From Eledone cirrhosa (Eukaryota): 64,000 nucleotides of DNA. Every line of letters starts with the position of its first letter. The stretch's first letter is position 1. Both the position numbers and the translations under genes were made by a program. Of this stretch, positions 37,701 through 52,700 are shown in pieces. The notes beneath the pieces were generated by a model. It ran no database searches. It was not told the DNA's origin and saw nothing but the letters and a program-made list of their open reading frames with translations. The stretch spans positions 323,206,001-323,270,000 of the forward strand of contig OZ024743.1 in assembly GCA_964016885.1 (NCBI GenBank). Reading direction: 5' to 3'.

Positions 37701-40700
37701 TGACTCCCTACTGCATATTACCTCACCTCTGACTCCCTACTACATATTACCTCACTCCTGACTCGCTACTGTATATTACCTCACTCCTGACTCGCTACTG
37801 TATATTACCTCACCCCTGACTCGCTACTGTATATTACCTCACCCCTCAATCCCTATTGTATATTACCTCACCCCTGACTTCCTACTGTATATTACCTCAC
37901 CACTGACTCCCTACTGTATATTACCTCACCCCTGACTCCCTACTGTATATTACCTCACCTTCTGACTCCCTAATGTATATTACCTCACCCCTGACTCCTT
38001 ACTGTATATTACCTCACCCCTGACTCGCTACTGTATATTACCTCACCCCTCAATCCCTATTGTATATTACCTCACCCCTGACTTCCTACTGTATATTACC
38101 TCACCCCTGACTTCCTACTGTATATTACCTCACCACTGACTCCCTACTGTATATTACCTCACTCCTGACTCCTTACTCTATATTACCTCACTCCTGACTC
38201 CTTACTCTATATTACCTCACCCCTGACTACCTACTCTATATTACCTCACCCCGTGACTCAATACTCTATATTACCTTACCACTGTCTCCCTACTGTATAT
38301 TACCTTACCACTGACTCCCTACTGTATATTACCTTACCACTGACTCCCTACTGCATATTACCTCACTCCCTACTGTATATTACCTCACTCCTGACTCCCT
38401 ACTGTATATTGCCTCACTCCTGACTCCCTACTGTATATTACCTCACTCCTGACTCCCTACTGTATATTACCTCACTCCTGACTCCCTACTGTATATTACC
38501 TCACCCCTGACTCACTACTGTATAATACCTTACCACTGACTCCCTACTGTATATTACCTTACCACTGACTCCCTACTGCATATTACCTCACTCCCTACTG
38601 TATATTACCTCACTCCTGACTCCCTACTGTATATTGCCTCACTCCTGACTCCCTACTCTATATTACCTCACCCCTGACTCCCTACTGTATATTACCTTAC
38701 TCCTGACTCCCTCCTGTATATTACCTCACCCCTGACTCCCTACTCTATATTACCTCACCCCTGACTCCCTACTCTATATTACCTCACCCCTGACTCCCTA
38801 ATCTATATTACCTCACCCCTGACTCCCTACTCTATATTACCTCACCCCTGACTCCCTACTCTATATTACCTCACCCCTGACTCCCTACTCTATATTACCT
38901 CACCCCTGACTCCCTACTCTATATTACCTCACCCCTGACTCCCTACTCTATATTACCTCCCCCTGACTCCCTACTCTATATTACCTCCCCCTGACTCCTT
39001 GCTGTATATTACCTTACCTTTGACTCCCTACTGTATATTACCTCACCCCTGACTCCCTACTGTATATTACCTCACCCCTGACTCCCTACTGTATATTAAC
39101 TCACCCCTGACTCCCTACTCTATATTACCTTACTCCTGCCTCCCTACTGTATATTACCTTACCACTGACTCCCTACTCTATATTACCTCAGCCCTGACAC
39201 CCTACTGTATATTACCTCACCCCTGACTCCCTACTGTATATTACCTCACCCCTGACTCCTTACTGTATATTACCTCACCCCTGACTCAATACTCTATATT
39301 ACGTCACTCTTGACTACCTACTCTATATTACCTCACTCCTGACTCCCTACTCTATATTACCTCACTCCTGACTCCCTACTGTATATTACCTCACTCCTGA
39401 CTCCCTACTGTATATTACCTCACTCCTGACTCCCTACTATATATTACCTCACTCCTGATTCCTTACTGTATATTACCTCACTCCTGACTCCCTACTATAT
39501 ATTACCTCACCCCTGACACCCTACTCTATATTACCTCACCCCTGACTCAATACTCTATATTACCTCACCCCTGACTCAATACTCTATATTACCTCACCCC
39601 TGGCTCCCTACTGTATATTACCTCACCCCTGACTCCCTACTGTATATTAACTCACCCCTGACTCCCTACTCTATATTACCTTACTCCTGCCTCCCTACTG
39701 TATATTACCTTACCACTGACTCCCTACTCTATATTACCTCAGCCCTGACACCCTACTGTATATTACCTCACCCCTGACTCCCTACTGTATATTACCTCAC
39801 CCCTGACTCCTTACTGTATATTACATCACTCCTGACTCCTTACTGTATATTACCTCACCCCTGACTCAATACTCTATATTACGTCACTCTTGACTACCTA
39901 CTCTATATTACCTCACTCTTGACTACCTACTCTATATTACCTCACTCCTGACTCCCTACTCTATATTACCTCACTCCTGACTCCCTACTGTATATTACCT
40001 CACTCCTGACTCCCTACTGTATATTACCTCACTCCTGACTCCCTACTATATATTACCTCACTCCTGACTCCCTACTATATATTACCTCACTCCTGACTCC
40101 GTACTGTATATTACGTCACTCCTGACTCCTTACTGTATATTACCTCACTCCTGACTCCTTACTGTATATTACCTCACCCCTGACTACCTACTGTATATTA
40201 CCTCACCCCTGACTCCCTACTGTATATTAACTCACTCCTGACTCCCTACTGTATATTACCTCACTCCTGACTCCTTACTGTACATTACCTCACTCCTGAC
40301 TCCCTACTCTATATTACCTCACCCCTGACTCCCTACTGTATATTACCTCACCCCTGACTCCCTACTGTATATTACCTCACCCCTGACTCCCTACTGTATA
40401 TTACCTCGCCCCTGACTCCCTACTGCATATTACCTCACCTCTGACTCCCTACTGCATATTACCTCACTCCTGACTCGCTACTGTATATTACCTCACTCCT
40501 GACTCGCTACTGTATATTACCTCACCCCTGACTCGCTACTGTATATTACCTCACCCCTGACTCCCTACTGTATATTACCTCACCCCTCACTCCCGACTGT
40601 ATATTACCTTACCCCTCACTCCCGACTGTATATTACCTCACCCCTCACTCCCTACTGTATATTACCTCACCCCTCACTCCCTATTGTATATTACCTCACC

Positions 40701-43700
40701 TTCTGACTCCCTACTGTATATTACCTCACCTCTCACTCCTTACTGTATATTACCTCACTCCTGACTCCTTACTCTATATTACCTCACTCCTGATTCCTTA
40801 CTGTATATTACCTCACTCCTGACTCCTTACTGTATATTACCTCACCCCTGACTACCTACTCTATATTACCTCACCCCGTGACTCAATACTCTATATTACC
40901 TTACCACTGACTCCCTACTGTATATTACCTTACCACTGACTCCCTACTGTATATTACCTTACCACTGACTCCCTACTGTATATTACCTTACCACTGACTC
41001 CCTACTGTATATTACCTTACCACTGACTCCCTACTGTATATTACCTTACCACTGACTCCCTACTGTATATTACCTTACCACTGACTCCCTACTGCATATT
41101 ACCTCACTCCCTACTCTATATTACCTCACTCCCTACTGTATATTACCTCACTCCTGACTCCCTACTGTATATTACCTCACTCCTGACTCCCTACTATATA
41201 TTACCTCACTCCTGATTCCTTACTGTATATTACCTCACTCCTGACTCCCTACTATATATTACCTCACCCCTGACACCCTACTCTATATTACCTCACCCCT
41301 GACTCAATACTCTATATTACCTCACCCCTGACTCAATACTCTATATTACCTCACCCCTGGCTCCCTACTGTATATTACCTCACCCCTGACTCCCTACTTT
41401 ATATTACCTCACTCCTGACTCCTTACTGTATATTACCTCACTCCTGACTCCTTACTGTATATTACCTCACTCCTGACTCCTTACTGTATATTACTTCACT
41501 CCTGACTCCTTATTGTATATTACCTCACTCCTGACTCCCTACTGTATATTACCTCACTCCTGACTCCCTACTGTATATTACCTCACTCCTGACTCCCTAC
41601 TGTATATTACCTCAATCCTGACTCCTTACTGTATATTACATCACTCCTGACTCCTTACTGTATATTACTTCACTCCTGACTCCTTATTGTATATTACCTC
41701 ACTCCTGACTCCTTATTGTATATTACCTCACTCCTGACTCCCTACTGTATATTACCTCACTCCTGACTCCCTACTGTATATTACCTCACCCCTGACTCAA
41801 TACTCTATATTACGTCACTCCTGACTCCCTACTCTATATTACCTCACTCCTGACTCCCTACTGTATATTACCTCACTCCTGACTCCCTACTGTATATTAC
41901 CTCACTCCTGACTCCCTACTATATATTACCTCACTCCTGACTCGCTACTGTATATTACCTCACTCCTGACTCGCTACTGTATATTACCTCACCCCTGACT
42001 CGCTACTGTATATTACCTCACCCCTCACTCCCTACTGTATATTACCTCACCCCTCACTCCCGACTGTATATTACCTCACCCCTCACTCCCTATTGTATAT
42101 TACCTCACCCCTCACTCCCTATTGTATATTACCTCACCTTCTGACTCCCTACTGTATATTACCTCACCCCTCACTCCTTACTGTATATTACCTCACTCCT
42201 GACTCCTTACTCTATATTACCTCACTCCTGATTCCTTACTGTATATTACCTCACTCCTGACTCCTTACTGTATATTACCTCACCCCTGACTACCTACTCT
42301 ATATTACCTCACCCCGTGACTCAATACTCTATATTACCTTACCACTGACTCCCTACTGTATATTACCTTACCACTGACTCCCTACTGTATATTACCTTAC
42401 CACTGACTCCCTACTGTATATTACCTTACCACTGACTCCCTACTGTATATTACCTTACCACTGACTCCCTACTGCATATTACCTCACTCCCTACTGTATA
42501 TTACCTCACTCCTGACTCCCTACTGTATATTACCTCACTCCTGACTCACTACTATATATTACCTCACTCCTGATTCCTTACTGTATATTACCTCACTCCT
42601 GACTCCCTACTATATATTACTTCACTCCTGATTCCTTACTGTATATTACCTCACCCCTGACTCCCTACTGTATATTACCTCACCGCTGACGCCCTACTGT
42701 ATATTACCTCACCCCTGACTCCCTACTGTATATTACCTCACCCCTGACTCCCTACTTTATATTACCTCACTCCTGACTCCTTACTGTATATTACCTCACT
42801 CCTGACTCCTTACTGTATATTACCTCACTCCTGACTCCTTACTGTATATTACTTCACTCCTGACTCCTTATTGTATATTACCTCACTCCTGACTCCCTAC
42901 TGTATATTACCTCACTCCTGACTCCCTACTGTATATTACCTCAATCCTGATTCCCTACTGTATATTACCTCACTCCTGACTCCCTACTGTATATTACCTC
43001 ACCCCTGACTACCTACTCTATATTACGTCACTCCTGACTACCTACTCTATATTACCTCACTCCTGACTCCCTACTCTATATTACCTCACCTCTGACTCCC
43101 TACTGCATATTACCTCACCTCTGACTCCCTACTGTATATTACCTCACTCCTGACGCCCTACTATATATTACCTCACTCCTGACTCCTTACTGTATATTAC
43201 CTCACTCCTGACTCCTTACTGTATATTACCTCACTCCTGACTCCTTACTGTATATTACCTGACTCCCTACTCTATATTACCTCACCCCTGACTCACTACT
43301 CTATATTACCTTACCCCAGACTCCCTACTGTATGTTTCTTTACCCCTGACTCACTACTGTATATTACCTCACCCCTGACTCCCTGCTGTATATTACCTCA
43401 CCCCTGACTCCCTACTGTATATTACCTCACCCCTGACTCCCTACTCTATATTACCTCACCCCTGACTCCCTACTCTATATTACCTCACTCCTGACTCCCT
43501 ACTCTATATTACCTGACCCCGGACTCAATACTCTATATTACCTCACCCCTGACTCCCTACTGTATATTACCTCACCCCTGACTCCCTACTCTATATTACC
43601 TCACCCCTGACTCCCTACTCTATATTACCTCACTCCTGACTCCCTACTGTATATTACCTCGATCCTGACTCCTTACTGTATATTACCTCACTCCTGATTC

Positions 43701-46700
43701 CTTACTGTATGTTACCTCACTCCTGACTCCTTACTGTATATTACCTCACTCCTGACTCCTTACTGTATATTACCTCACTCCTGACTCCTTACTGTATATT
43801 AACTCACTCCTGACTCTTTACTGTATATTACCTCACTCCTGACTCCTTACTGTATATTACCTCACTCCTGACACCTTACTGTATATTACCTCACCCCTGA
43901 CTACCTACTCTATATTACCTCACCCCTTGACTCAATACTCTATATTACCTCACTCCTGACTCAATACTCTATATTACCTTACTCCTGACTCCCTACTGTA
44001 TATTACCTTACCACTGACTCCCTACTGTATGTTACCTTACCCCTGACTCCCTACTGTATATTACCTCACTCCTGACTCCCTACTGTATATTACCTCACTC
44101 CTGACTCCCTACTGTATATTACCTCACTCCTGACTCCCTACTGTATATTACCTCACTCCTGACTCCCTACTGTATGTTACCTCACTCCTGACTCCCTACT
44201 GTATATTACCTCACCCCTGACTCCCTACTGCATATTACCTCACCTCTGACTCCCTACTGTATGTTACCTTACCACTGACTCCCTACTGTTTATTACCTCA
44301 CCCCTGACTCCCTACTGTATATTACCTCACTCCTGACTCCCTACTGTATATTACCTCACTCCTGACTCCCTACTGTATATTACCTCACTCCTGACTCCCT
44401 ACTGTATATTACCTCACTCCTGACTCCCTACTGTATATTACCTCACTCCTGACTCCCTACTGTATGTTACCTCACTCCTGACTCCCTACTGTATATTACC
44501 TCACCCCGTGACTCAATACTCTATATTACCTCACCCCGTGACTCCCTACTGTATATTACCTTACCACTGACTCCCTACTGTATATTACCTTACCACTGAC
44601 TCCCTACTGTATATTACCTTACCACTGACTCCCTACTGTATATTACCTTACCACTGACTCCCTACTGCATATTACCTCACTCCCTACTGTATATTACCTC
44701 ACTCCTGACGCCCTACTGTATATTACCTCACTCCTGACTCCCTACTATATATTACCTCACTCCTGATTCCTTACTGTATATTACCTCACTCCTGACTCCC
44801 TACTATATATTACCTCACTCCTGATTCCTTACTGTATATTACCTCACCCCTGACTCCCTACTGTATATTACCTCACCGCTGACGCCCTACTGTATATTAC
44901 CTCACCCCTGACTCCCTACTGTATATTACCTCACCCCTGACTCCCTACTTTATATTACCTCACTCCTGACTCCTTACTGTATATTACCTCACTCCTGACT
45001 CCTTACTGTATATTACTTCACTCCTGACTCCTTATTGTATATTACCTCACTCCTGACTCCCTACTGTATATTACCTCACTCCTTACTCCCTACTGTATAT
45101 TACCTCACTCCTTACTCCCTACTGTATATTACCTCACTCCTGACACCCTACTGTATATTACCTCACTCCTGACTCCCTACTGTATATTACCTCACTCCTG
45201 ACACCCTACTGTATATTACCTCATCCTGATTCCCTACTGTATATTACCTCACCCCTGACTCAATACTCTATATTACCTCACCCCTGACTCAATACTCTAT
45301 ATTACCTCACTCCTGACTCCCTACTGTATATTACCTCACTCCTGACTCCCTACTGTATATTACCTCACCCTTGACTACCTACTCTATATTACGTCACTCC
45401 TGACTACCTACTCTATATTACCTCACTCCTGACTCCCTACTCTATATTACCTCACTCCTGACTCCCTACTGTATATTACCTCACTCCTGACTCCCTACTG
45501 TATATTACCTCACTCCTGACTCCCTACTGTATATGACCTCACTCCTGACTCCCTACTGTATATTACCTCACTCCTGACTCCCTACTGTATATTACCTCAC
45601 TCCTGACTCCCTACTGTATATTACCTCACTCCTGACGCCCTACTATATATTACCTCACTCCTGACTCCTTACTGTATATTACCTCACTCCTGACTCCTTA
45701 CTGTATATTACCTCACCCCTGACTCCCTACTCTATATTACCTTACCCCAACTCCCTACTGTATGTTTCTTTACCCCTGACTCACTACTGTATATTACCTC
45801 ACACCTGACTCCCTACTCTATAGTACCTCACCCCTGACTCCCTACTCTATATTACCTCACCCCTGACTCCCTACTCTATATTACCTCACTCCTGACTCCC
45901 TACTCTATATTACCTGACCCCAGACTCAATACTCTATATTACCTCACCACTGACTCCCTACTGTATATTACCTCACCCCTGACTCCCTACTCTATATTAC
46001 CTCACCCCTGACTCCCTACTCTATATTACCTCACCCCTGACTCCCTACTGTATATTACCTCACTCCTGACTCCCTACTGTATGTTACGTCACTCCTGACT
46101 CCTTACTGTATATTACCTCACTCCTGATTCCTTACTGTATGTTACGTCACTCCTGACTCCTTACTGTATATTACCTCACTCCTGACTCCTTACTGTATAT
46201 TACCTCACTCCTGACTCCTTACTGTATATTAACTCACTCCTGACTCTTTACTGTATATTACCTCACTCCTGACTCCTTACTGTATATTACCTCACTCCTG
46301 ACACCTTACTCTATATTACCTCACCCCTGACTACCTACTCTATATTACCTCACCCCGTGACTCAATACTCTATATTACCTCACTCCTGACTCAATACTCT
46401 ATATTACCTTACTCCTGACTCCCTACTGTATATTACCTTACCACTGACTCCCTACTGTATGTTACCTTACCACTGACTCCCTACTGTTTATTACCTCACC
46501 CCTGACTCCCTAGTGTATATTACCTCACTCCTGACTCCCTACTGTATATTACCTCACTCCTGACTCCCTACTGTATATTACCTGACTCCCTACTGTATGT
46601 TACCTCACTCCTGACTCCCTACTGTATATTACCTCACCCCTGACTCCCTACTGCATATTACCTCACCTCTGACTCCCTACTACATATTACCTCACTCCTG

Positions 46701-49700
46701 ACTCCCTACTGTATATTACCTCACCCCTGACTCCCTACTGCATATTACCTCACCTCTGACTCCCTACTGCATATTACCTCACCTCTGACTCCCTACTGTA
46801 TATTGCCTCACTCCTGACTCCCTACTGTATATTACCTCACTCCTGACTCCCTACTGTATATTACCTCACTCCTGACTCCCTACTGTATGTTACCTCACTC
46901 CTGACTCCCTACTGTATGTTACCTCACTCCTGACTCCCTACTGTATGTTACCTCACTCCTGACTCCCTACTGTATATTACCTCACCCCTGACTCCCTACT
47001 GCATATTACCTCACCTCTGACTCCCTACTACATATTACCTCACTCCTGACTCCCTACTGTATATTGCCTCACTCCTGACTCCCTACTGTAGATTACCTCA
47101 CCCCTGACTCCCTACTGTAGATTACCTCACCCCTGACTCCCTACTGTATATTACCTCACCCCTGACTCCCTACTGTATATTACCTCACCCCTGATGCCCT
47201 ACTGTATATTACCTCACCCCTGACTTCCTACTGTATATTACCTCACCCCTGACTCCCTACTGTATATTACCTCACCCCTGACTCCCTACTGTATATTACC
47301 TCACCCGAGATTCCCTACTTTATATTACCTCACTCCTGACTCCTTACTGTATATTACCTCACTCCTGACCCCTTACTGTATATTACCTCACTCCTGACTC
47401 CTTATTGTATATTACCTCACTCCTGACTCCCTACTGTATATTACCTCACTCCGGACTCCCTACTGTATATTACCTCACTCCTGACTCCCTACTGTATATT
47501 ACCTCACCCCTGACTCAATACTCTATATTACCTCACTCCTGACTACCTACTCTATATTACCTCACTCCTGACTACCTACTCTATATTACCTCACTCCTGA
47601 CTCCCTACTGTATATTACCTCACCCCTGACTACCTACTCTATATTACCTCATCCCTGACTCCCTACTGTATATTACCTCACCCCTGACTCCCTACTGTAT
47701 ATTACCTCACCCCTGACTCCCTACTGTATATTACCTCACCCCTGACTCCCTACTGTATATTAACTCACCCCTGACTCCCTACTCTATATTACCTTACTCC
47801 TGCCTCCCTACTGTATATTACCTTACCACTGACTCCCTACTCTATATTACCTCACCCCTGACTCCCTACTCTATATTACCTCAGCCCTGACACCCTACTG
47901 TATATTACCTCAGCCTTGACTCCCTACTGTATATTACCTCTCCCCTGACTCCCTACTGTATATTACCTCTCCCCTGACTCCCTACTGTATATTACCTCTC
48001 CCCTGACTCCTTACTGTATATTACATCACTCCTGACTCCTTACTGTATATTACCTCACCCCTGACTCAATACTCTATATTACGTCACTCCTGACTACCTA
48101 CTCTATATTACCTCACTCCTGACTACCTACTCTATATTACCTCACTCCTGACTCCCTACTGTATATTACCTCACTCCTGACTCCCTACTGTATATTACCT
48201 CACTCCTGACTCCCTACTATATATTACCTCACTCCTGACTCCGTACTGTATATTACCTCACTCCTGACTCCTTACTGTATATTACCTCACTCCTGACTCC
48301 TTACTGTATATTACCTCACCCCTGACTACCTACTGTATATTACCTCACCCCTGACTCCCTACTGTATATTAACTCACTCCTGACTCCCTACTGTATATTA
48401 CCTCACTCCTGACTCCTTACTGTACATTACCTCACTCCTGACTCCCTACTCTATATTACCTCACCCCTGACTCCCTACTGTATATTACCTCACCCCTGAC
48501 TCCCTACTGTATATTACCTCGCCTCTGACTCCCTACTGCATATTACCTCACCTCTGACTCCCTACTGCATATTACCTCACTCCTGACTCGCTACTGTATA
48601 TTACCTCACTCCTGACTCGCTACTGTATATTACCTCACCCCTGAGTCGCTACTGTATATTACCTCACCCTTGACTCCCTACTGTATATTACCTCACCCCT
48701 GACTCCCTACTGTATATTACCTCACCCCTCACTCCCTACTGTATATTACCTCACCCCTCACTCCCTATTGTATATTACCTCACCTTCTGACTCCCTACTG
48801 TATATTACCTCACCCCTCACTCCTTACTGTATATTACCTTACTCCTGACTCAATACTCTATATTACCTCACCCCTGACTACCTACTCTATATTACCTCAC
48901 CCCGTGACTCAATACTCTATATTACCTTACCACTGACTCCCTACTGTATATTACCTTACCACTGACTCCCTACTGTATATTACCTTACCACTGACTCCCT
49001 ACTGTATATTACCTTACCACTGACTCCCTACTGCATATTACCTCACTCCCTACTGTATATTACCTCACTCCTGACGCCCTACTGTATGTTACCTCACTCC
49101 TGACTCCCTACTATATATTACCTCACTCCTGATTCCTTACTGTATATTACCTCACTCCTGACTCCCTACTATATATTACCTCACTCCTGATTCCTTACTG
49201 TATATTACCTCACCCCTGACTCCCTACTGTATATTACCTCACCGCTGACGCCCTACTGTATATTACCTCACCCCTGACTCCCTACTGTATATTACCTCAC
49301 CCCTGACTCCCTACTTTATATTACCTCACTCCTGACTCCTTACTGTATATTACCTCACTCCTGACTCCTTACTGTATATTACTTCACTCCTGACTCCTTA
49401 TTGTATATTACCTCACTCCTGACTCCCTACTGTATATTACCTCACTCCTTACTCCCTACTGTATATTACCTCACTCCTTACTCCCTACTGTATATTACCT
49501 CACTCCTGACACCCTACTGTATATTACCTCACTCCTGACTCCCTACTGTATATTACCTCACTCCTGACACCCTATTGTATTTTACCTCATCCTGATTCCC
49601 TACTGTATATTACCTCACCCCTGACTCAATACTCTATATTACCTCACCCCTGACTCAATACTCTATATTACCTCACTCCTGACTCCCTACTGTATATTAC

Positions 49701-52700
49701 CTCACTCCTGACTCCCTACTGTATATTACCTCACCCTTGACTACCTACTCTATATTACGTCACTCCTGACTACCTACTCTATATTACCTCACTCCTGACT
49801 CCCTACTCTATATTACCTCACTCCTGACTCCCTACTGTATATTACCTCACTCCTGACTCCCTACTGTATATTACCTCACTCCTGACTCCCTACTGTATAT
49901 GACCTCACTCCTGACTCCCTACTGTATATTACCTCACTCCTGACTCCCTACTGTATATTACCTCACTCCTGACTCCCTACTGTATATTACCTCACTCCTG
50001 ACGCCCTACTATATATTACCTCACTCCTGACTCCTTACTGTATATTACCTCACTCCTGACTCCTTACTGTATATTACCTCACCCCTGACTCCCTACTCTA
50101 TATTACCTTACCCCAACTCCCTACTGTATGTTTCTTTACCCCTGACTCACTACTGTATATTACCTCACACCTGACTCCCTACTCTATAGTACCTCACCCC
50201 TGACTCCCTACTCTATATTACCTCACCCCTGACTCCCTACTCTATATTACCTCACTCCTGACTCCCTACTCTATATTACCTGACCCCAGACTCAATACTC
50301 TATATTACCTCACCACTGACTCCCTACTGTATATTACCTCACCCTGACTCCCTACTCTATATTACCTCACCCCTGACTCCCTACTCTATATTACATCACC
50401 CCTGACTCCCTACTGTATATTACCTCACTCCTGACTCCCTACTGTATATTACCTCACTCCTGACTCCCTACTGTATATTACCTCGATCCTGACTCCTTAC
50501 TGTATATTACCTCACTCCTGATTCCTTACTGTATGTTACGTCACTCCTGACTCCTTACTGTATATTACCTCACTCCTGACTCCTTACTGTATATTACCTC
50601 ACTCCTGACTCCTTACTGTATATTAACTCACACCTGACTCTTTACTGTATATTACCTCACTCCTGACTCCTTACTGTATATTACCTCACTCCTGACACCT
50701 TACTCTATATTACCTCACCCCTGACTACCTACTCTATATTACCTCACACCGTGACTCAATACTCTATATTACCTCACTCCTGACTCAATACTCTATATTA
50801 CCTTACTCCTGACTCCCTACTGTATATTACCTTACCACTGACTCCCTACTGTATGTTACCTTACCACTGACTCCCTACTGTTTATTACCTCACCCCTGAC
50901 TCCCTAGTGTATATTACCTCACTCCTGACTCCCTACTGTATATTACCTCACTCCTGACTCCCTACTGTATATTACCTCACTCCTGACTCCCTACTGTATG
51001 TTACCTCACTCCTGACTCCCTACTGTATATTACCTAACCCCTGACTCCCTACTGCATATTACCTCACCTCTGACTCCCTACTACATATTACCTCACTCCT
51101 GACTCCCTACTGTATATTACCTCACCCCTGACTCCCTACTGCATATTACCTCACCTCTGACTCCCTACTGCATATTACCTCACCTCTGACTCCCTACTGT
51201 ATATTGCCTCACTCCTGACTCCCTACTGTATATTACCTCACTCCTGACTCCCTACTGTATATTACCTCACTCCTGACTCCCTACTGTATATTACCTCACT
51301 CCTGACTCCCTACTGTATGTTACCTCACTCCTGACTCCCTACTGTATGTTACCTCACTCCTGACTCCCTACTGTATATTACCTCACCCCTGACTCCCTAC
51401 TGCATATTACCTCACCTCTGACTCCCTACTACATATTACCTCACTCCTGACTCCCTACTGTATATTGCCTCACTCCTGACTCCCTACTGTAGATTACCTC
51501 ACCCCTGACTCCCTACTGTAGATTACCTCACCCCTGACTCCCTACTGTATATTACCTCACCCCTGACTCCCTACTGTATATTACCTCACCCCTGATGCCC
51601 TACTGTATATTACCTCACCCCTGACTTCCTACTGTATATTACCTCACCCCTGACTCCCTACTGTATATTACCTCACCCCTGACTCCCTACTGTATATTAC
51701 CTCACCCGAGATTCCCTACTTTATATTACCTCACTCCTGACTCCTTACTGTATATTACCTCACTCCTGACCCCTTACTGTATATTACCTCACTCCTGACT
51801 CCTTATTGTATATTACCTCACTCCTGACTCCCTACTGTATATTACCTCACTCCGGACTCCCTACTGTATATTACCTCACTCCGGACTCCCTACTGTATAT
51901 TACCTCACTCCTGACTCCCTACTGTATATTACCTCACCCCTGACTCAATACTCTATATTACCTCACTCCTGACTACCTACTCTATATTACCTCACTCCTG
52001 ACTACCTACTCTATATTACCTCACTCCTGACTCCCTACTGTATATTACCTCACTCCTGACTACCTACTCTATATTACCTCACTCCTGACTACCTACTCTA
52101 TATTACCTCACTCCTGACTCCCTACTGTATATTACCTCACCCCTGACTCCCTACTGTATATTACCTCACCCCTGACTCCCTACTGTATATTAACTCACCC
52201 CTGACTCCCTACTCTATATTGCCTTACTCCTGCCTCCCTACTGTATATTACCTTACCACTGACTCCCTACTCTATATTACCTCACCCCTGACTCCCTACT
52301 CTATATTACCTCAGCCCTGACACCCTACTGTATATTACCTCAGCCTTGACTCCCTACTGTATATTACCTCTCCCCTGACTCCCTACTGTATATTACCTCT
52401 CCCCTGACTCCTTACTGTATATTACATCACTCCTGACTCCTTACTGTATATTACCTCACCCCTGACTCAATACTCTATATTACGTCACTCCTGACTACCT
52501 ACTCTATATTACCTCACTCCTGACTACCTACTCTATATTACCTCACTCCTGACTCCCTACTGTATATTACCTCACTCCTGACTCCCTACTGTATATTACC
52601 TCACTCCTGACTCCCTACTATATATTACCTCACTCCTGACTCCGTACTGTATATTACCTCACTCCTGACTCCTTACTGTATATTACCTCACTCCTGACTC

